DNA of 64,000 bases from an uncultured Acidobacteriota bacterium. GTDB lineage: Bacteria > Acidobacteriota > Vicinamibacteria > Fen-336. Location: contig CAVSPR010000006.1 of the NCBI GenBank assembly GCA_963729875.1, positions 121,368 to 185,367 on the forward strand. The letters run 5' to 3'. Made by a program: the position numbers and the translations under genes. Every line of letters starts with the position of its first letter. Positions within the stretch are counted from its first letter, which is position 1. The notes beneath the pieces were generated by a model that saw only the letters and a program-made list of their open reading frames with translations, searched no databases and was not told the origin of the DNA. Of the stretch, positions 59,401 through 64,000 are shown in pieces.

Positions 59401-62196
59401 ACCTCGAGGCCGATCTCGGGGTCGACACGGTGAAGCAGGCGGAGACGTTCGCGGCGGTTCGCGAGGCCTACGGCATCGCCGCGCCAGGAGAACATGAAGC
59501 TCCGCGACTTCCCGACGCTGAAGCACGTCGTCCAGTTCGTCTACGACTTCAGGCCGGATCTGGCACCCGAGGGCGCGAAAGCGCCCGAGGGACCTGCCGT
59601 TGCTCCCTCGGTGGCTCCCCCTTGTCTCATTGCTCCTGAGAAGGCCCCGGGGAAAGCCGGCGTAGAGCCCGCCCCCCGCCCCCTCGCCTCCCTCGCCGAC
59701 GCGGACAAGATGCCCCGCCGCGTCCCGGTCCCCTCCCTCCGCCCCGCCCTCGATCTCTGCAAGCCGACCGGCGTCGCCCTCGGCAAGGGCACGCGGGTGG
59801 TCGTGGTGGGCGACGCGGGCAGCGTCGGCCAGGCGCTGGCGAGCCGGCTCGAGAAGACCGGCGCGACGGTCCTGGCCCTCGACGGAGCGATCGCGACCGA
59901 CGAGGTGACGACTCGTCTCCAGACCTGGCTCGCGGAGGGGCCGGTCCAGGGGGTCTTCTGGCTTCCCGCCCTCGACGTCGAGCCCGCGATCGCGGAGATG
60001 GACCTCGCCGCGTTCCGCGAGGCCCTCCGCCGTCGCGCGAAGAACCTCCACGCGGCGATGCGCGCGCTCTACGAGAGCGTGGCCGCTCCCGGCACGTTCC
60101 TCGTGGCGGGCACCCGCATGGGCGGCCTGCACGGGCAGACGCCGGAGGGGGCCACCGCGCCCCTCGGCGGCGCGGTGGCCGGCTTCGCCAAGGCCTACAA
60201 GCGCGAGCGCCCCGAGGCCCTCGCCAAGGTGGTGGACTTCGCCCCCGGCGCTCCCGCGGCCGAGGTGGCCGAGGCCCTCGTGGCCGAGGCCCTGGGCGAC
60301 CCGGGCGTCGTCGAGGTCGGGCGCCACGACGATCTCCGCTGGACGATCACCCTCGAGGAGCGCCCGGCCGCCGACGGCCGGCCCGGCCTCTCGCTGACGA
60401 AGGACACCGTCTTCGTCGTGACCGGCGCCGCCGGCGGCATCACGTCCGCGATCGTGGCCGACCTCGCGGCGGCGAGCGGGGGCGGAGTGTTCTACCTGCT
60501 CGACCTCGTGGCGGAGCCGGCCCGATCCGACGCGAAGATCGCCCTCATCCGGCAGGACCGGGAGAAGCTGAAGCTCGCCCTCATCGAGGAGGCGCGCGCG
60601 AAGGGCGAGAAGCCGACGCCGGTGGCCATCGATCGCCAGATCATGGCGATCGAGCGGCAGGACGCCGCCCTGCGGGCGATCGAGTCGGTCGAGGCCGTCG
60701 GCGGCACGGCGCGGTGGCGCTCCGCCAACCTGCTCGATGGTCCCGCCGTCGCCGCGATCGTCGAGGAGATCCGCAGGGCCCACGGCCGGATCGACGTCCT
60801 CGTCCACGCCGGCGGGATCGAGATCAGCCGCAAGCTGTCGGAGAAGGAGGCTGGTGAGTTCGACCTCGTCCTCGACATCAAGGCCGACGGCTTCTTCAGC
60901 CTGCTGAAGGCGGCCGAGGGGATGCCCATCGGGGCGACGGTCGTCTTCAGCTCCGTGGCCGGCCGCTTCGGCAACGCGGGCCAGACCGACTACAGCGCGG
61001 CGAACAACCTCCTGTGCGCGATGTCGAGCGCGCTGCGGCGGACGCGGCCGGAAACGAAGGCGATCGCGATCGACTGGACGGCCTGGGGCGGCATCGGCAT
61101 GGCCACCCGCGGGTCGATCCCGCAGATCATGGCCGCGGCGGGGATCTCCATGCTGCCGCCGGAGTCCGGGATCCCGACCGTCCGCCGGGAGCTGGTGGCG
61201 GGCGGGGGCTCGGGCGAGCGGGTCGTGGCGGGGACGCTCGGGATCATGGGTGCGGAGTACGACCCGACGGGGGGCCTCGACGTCGAGAAGATGAAGGCCG
61301 CGATCGCCGGACGCAAGCGGCCCCTCCTCATGGTCGGTGCGGTCAAGGCCGCGCGCCTCTACGGCGGCGTCGCCGTCGAGACGACGCTCGACCCCCGGGA
61401 GCAGCCGTTCCTCCTCGACCACCAGATCGACGGCGTTCCCGTCCTGCCCGGGGTGATGGGCACCGAGGCGTTCGCCGAGGTGGCGAGCGTCCTCTGCCCG
61501 GGCTTCCACGTGGCGTCCGTCGAGGACGAGACGTTCCTCCTGCCGTTCAAGTTCTTCCGCAACCAGCCGGCCACCCTGCACCTGCACGCGGTCGCGATGC
61601 CGGCCGGCGTGGGCGAGATCCTGGTCGCCGCCGAGCTGCGGTCGGTCGTTCAGCCGAAGCCGGAGCTGCCGGCGCAGGAGCGGGTCCACTTCAGGGCGCG
61701 GGTCCGGATGACGCGGGAGACCCGGCCGGCCCCGAGGGTCGCGTTCAAGAAGCCGGCGGCGAAGGCGCTCACGATCGGGAAGGGCGCGATCTACGAGGTC
61801 TACTTCCACGGTCCCGCCTACCAGGTGCTCGAGCGGGCGGCGGTCGAGGGGGACGGCGTCGTGGCCCTCATGACGGCGGGCCTGCCGTCGAACGCGAGGC
61901 CCGCCGAGGCCGAGGCGCTCATGGCACCTCGGCTCCTCGAGCTGTGCTTCCAGGCCGCCGGCCTGTGGCTCCTGGCGAAGAAGGAGACGATGGGCCTGCC
62001 CACGGCCCTCGGGCGGGCGGTCGCGTACCGGGGGGAGGAGGCGGCGGGCGAGAGGCGGCTGTACGCGACGGTGGAGGTGCTCCGTGACGGGGAGGCGTTC
62101 GACGCCCGGGTCGTGGACGAGAAGGGGCAAGTCCACGCCGAGGTGGTCGGGTACCGGACCGTCGCGCTGCCCGAGCGGCGTGCGCTGAAAGGCTAG
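53449..62196 (+). CDS. iterative type I PKS/FAS (PfaA-like): KS-AT-KS-ACPx4-KR-DH; apparent frameshifts near 58210, 58835, 59479
   Basis: KS1 [21 protein letters not shown]; AT GQGSQ, GHSLGE, HAFH; KS2 [19 protein letters not shown]; 4 ACPs; [30 protein letters not shown]; [28 protein letters not shown]. Confidence 0.9.
58298..59561 (+). repeat. four tandem near-identical ACP-domain repeats separated by Pro/Thr-rich linkers
   Basis: Units start near 58298, 58638, 58985, 59324: [74 protein letters not shown]. Confidence 0.92.
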
Positions 62197-62200
62197 GGAC

Positions 62201-64000
62201 GTGGGTCGCAGCTTCAGCCGCGTCGCCGTCGTGAACCGCGGCGAGGCGGCGCTGCGCTTCATCCACGCCGCCCTCGAGCTCAACCGCGAGGGAGAGCGCC
62301 TCCGCACGATCGCGCTCTTCACCGAGCCCGACCGCCGCGCCCTCTTCGTGCGGGAGGCGGACGAGGCGTGGGAGCTCGGCCCGGCCATGGTCGAGGGCGC
62401 CGACGGCCGGCGCAAGGTCGCCTACGTGGACCTCCCGCGGCTCGAGCGGGCGCTCGTCGAGACGAGGGCGGAGGCGGCGTGGCCGGGCTGGGGCTTCGTG
62501 GCGGAGCAGCCGGCCTTCGCCGAGATGTGCGAGCGGCTGGGGGTGACGTTCATCGGCCCCTCGCCGGCGGCGATGCGGGCCCTCGGCGACAAGATCGCGG
62601 GCAAGCGGCTCGCCGAGGGGCTCGGCATCCCGGTCGTCCCCTGGGCCGGGGCCCCCACCGCGAGCGAAGCCGAAGCCCAGGCGCAGGCGGCCGAGATGGG
62701 CTTCCCGGTGATGGTGAAGTCGACCGCGGGGATCGGGGGCCGCGGGGTCCGCGAGGCCGAAACGCCGGGGGCCCTCGCGGGTGCTTTGAAGGCGGCGCGG
62801 ACCGAGGCCTGGAGGTGGTTCGGCCAGGCCACCGTGTTCCTCGAGAGGCGCCTCGACGGCGTCCGGCACGTGGACATCCAGGTGGTGAGCGACGCATGGG
62901 GGAGCGTGTGGACCCTCCCCGCGCGCGAGGCGTCGATCCAGAGGCGCCACCAGAAGCTGGTCGAGGAGTCCCCGGTGCCCGGCCTCCCGCCGGCCCGGGA
63001 GGCGGCGATGCGGCATGCGGCGGGGCGCCTCGTCCGGGCCGCCGGCTACGTCGGCGCGGCGGCGGTCGAGTTCCTGTACGACCCCTCCTCGGAGGACTTC
63101 TGGTTCCTCGAGGCCAACACGCGGCTCGAGGTGGAGCACGGCGTCTCCGAGGTGACGACGGGTCTCGACCTCGTGAAGCTGCAGGTGCACGTCGCCCGGG
63201 GCGGCCGCCTGCCCGGGGAGCCGCCCGCGGCCTCCGGCCACGCCGTCGAGGTCCGGCTGTGCGCGGAGGACGCCGAGGCCGGCTTCGCCCCCGCCCCGGG
63301 GACCGTGGCGCGCCTGAGGCTCCCCGGCGGCCCCGGCCTCCGCGTGGACGCGGGGGTGGCCGAGGGCGACGCCGTGCCCGCCGAGTTCGACTCGATGATC
63401 GCCAAGGTCATCGCGCACGGGCAAGACCGCGAGGAGGCGCTCGGCCGTCTCTCCCGCGGCCTCGCCCAGACCGCGGTCATCCTGCGCGGCGGCACCACGA
63501 ACAAGGCCTTCCTCCTCGACCTGCTCGACCGCGAGGAGGTGCGCACCGGGCGCCTCGACGTCCGCTTCCTCGACCGGCTGGTGGCCCGGGGCGAGCAGAC
63601 CTCGCGCCGCCACGCCGAGCTCGCTCTCGTGCGGGCCGCGATCGAGGCATACGAGGCGGAAGCCGACGGCGAGAAGGCGCGCTTCCTCTCGACCGCGGTT
63701 CGGGGGCGGCCCGAGGTGCGGCCGGAGACCTCCCGCACGGTCGAGCTGCGCCAGGGCGGCCAGTCCTACGCCGTCGTGGTGAGGCGCATCGCCGTGGACC
63801 GGTACCGCGTGGAGGAGGCCGGGCACCGGGTCGACGTCGGCGTGGAGCGGCTGGGGTCTCCGCTCCGTGAGCGCCGGCTGCAGACGTCCGAGTGGCGCCT
63901 CCTGTGCGGCGGCTCGACGTGGCGGGTGCTGTCGCTCGTCCAGGGCCGCTCCCACCTCGTGGAGGTTGAGGGCGTGCCCCACACCTTCACCCGGGACACC
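62201..64000 (+). CDS. biotin carboxylase domain of an acyl-CoA carboxylase, probably multidomain (runs off the window end; absent from the ORF track)
   Basis: VAVVNRGEAALR, WPGWGFVAE, FIGPSPAAMRALGDK, GGRG, SIQRRHQKLVEESP, FLEANTRL, EVRLCAED, FDSMIAKVI. Confidence 0.92.
   Translation, partial: MGRSFSRVAVVNRGEAALRFIHAALELNREGERLRTIALFTEPDRRALFVREADEAWELGPAMVEGADGRRKVAYVDLPRLERALVETRAEAAWPGWGFVAEQPAFAEMCERLGVTFIGPSPAAMRALGDKIAGKRLAEGLGIPVVPWAGAPTASEAEAQAQAAEMGFPVMVKSTAGIGGRGVREAETPGALAGALKAARTEAWRWFGQATVFLERRLDGVRHVDIQVVSDAWGSVWTLPAREASIQRRHQKLVEESPVPGLPPAREAAMRHAAGRLVRAAGYVGAAAVEFLYDPSSEDFWFLEANTRLEVEHGVSEVTTGLDLVKLQVHVARGGRLPGEPPAASGHAVEVRLCAEDAEAGFAPAPGTVARLRLPGGPGLRVDAGVAEGDAVPAEFDSMIAKVIAHGQDREEALGRLSRGLAQTAVILRGGTTNKAFLLDLLDREEVRTGRLDVRFLDRLVARGEQTSRRHAELALVRAAIEAYEAEADGEKARFLSTAVRGRPEVRPETSRTVELRQGGQSYAVVVRRIAVDRYRVEEAGHRVDVGVERLGSPLRERRLQTSEWRLLCGGSTWRVLSLVQGRSHLVEVEGVPHTFTRDT

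Noticed and set aside
17960-59490. Frameshifts at ~17975, ~29407, ~31805, ~58210, ~58835, ~59479 (plus compensating indels ~58905/58967) as programmed frameshifting or pseudogenisation
   Set aside because: Mostly single extra bases in GC runs or near-identical repeats, no slippery heptamers, both halves undecayed; most likely consensus errors. Read mapping would decide. ACP copy number may also be mis-assembled.
58298-59561. Direct repeats as a CRISPR array or insertion sequence
   Set aside because: Units are ~235-bp coding ACP domains; no cas or transposase

Overview
Very GC-rich bacterial chromosomal window; the gene content suggests an Acidobacteriota-like environmental genome (inference). 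About 50 genes; no rRNA, tRNA, CRISPR array or transposase seen. Recognisable genes: aceB-aceA (glyoxylate shunt), aqpZ, pepE, two MazEF-type TA pairs, three Hanks kinases, a Tes/GDGT-MAS-family radical SAM enzyme, an octaheme c-HEAT-TPR protein and several outer-membrane barrels. Two candidate undescribed systems stand out. (1) A nine-gene envelope operon (14604-25549) behind a sigma54-type promoter. It pairs a MotA/TolQ/ExbB proton-channel subunit with two different MotB/ExbD-like Asp-TM/coiled-coil/VWA proteins, an actin/Hsp70-fold-FHA protein, a membrane Ser/Thr kinase, an FHA-PEGA-FGE/SUMF1 protein, a collagen-like lipoprotein and a small acidic exported peptide. (2) An ACAD + KS-AT-KS-ACP4-KR-DH megasynthase + acyl-CoA carboxylase operon (51798->64000) whose four ACPs all carry Thr instead of the phosphopantetheinyl Ser. 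Also notable: a duplicated 33-bp palindrome/promoter beside an uncharacterised HTH-TolB-TPR regulator, a GH130 lacking its phosphate-binding residues, and a kinase-BRCT fusion. Several single-base frameshifts look like sequence-consensus errors. Family assignments come from motif recognition, not database searches.
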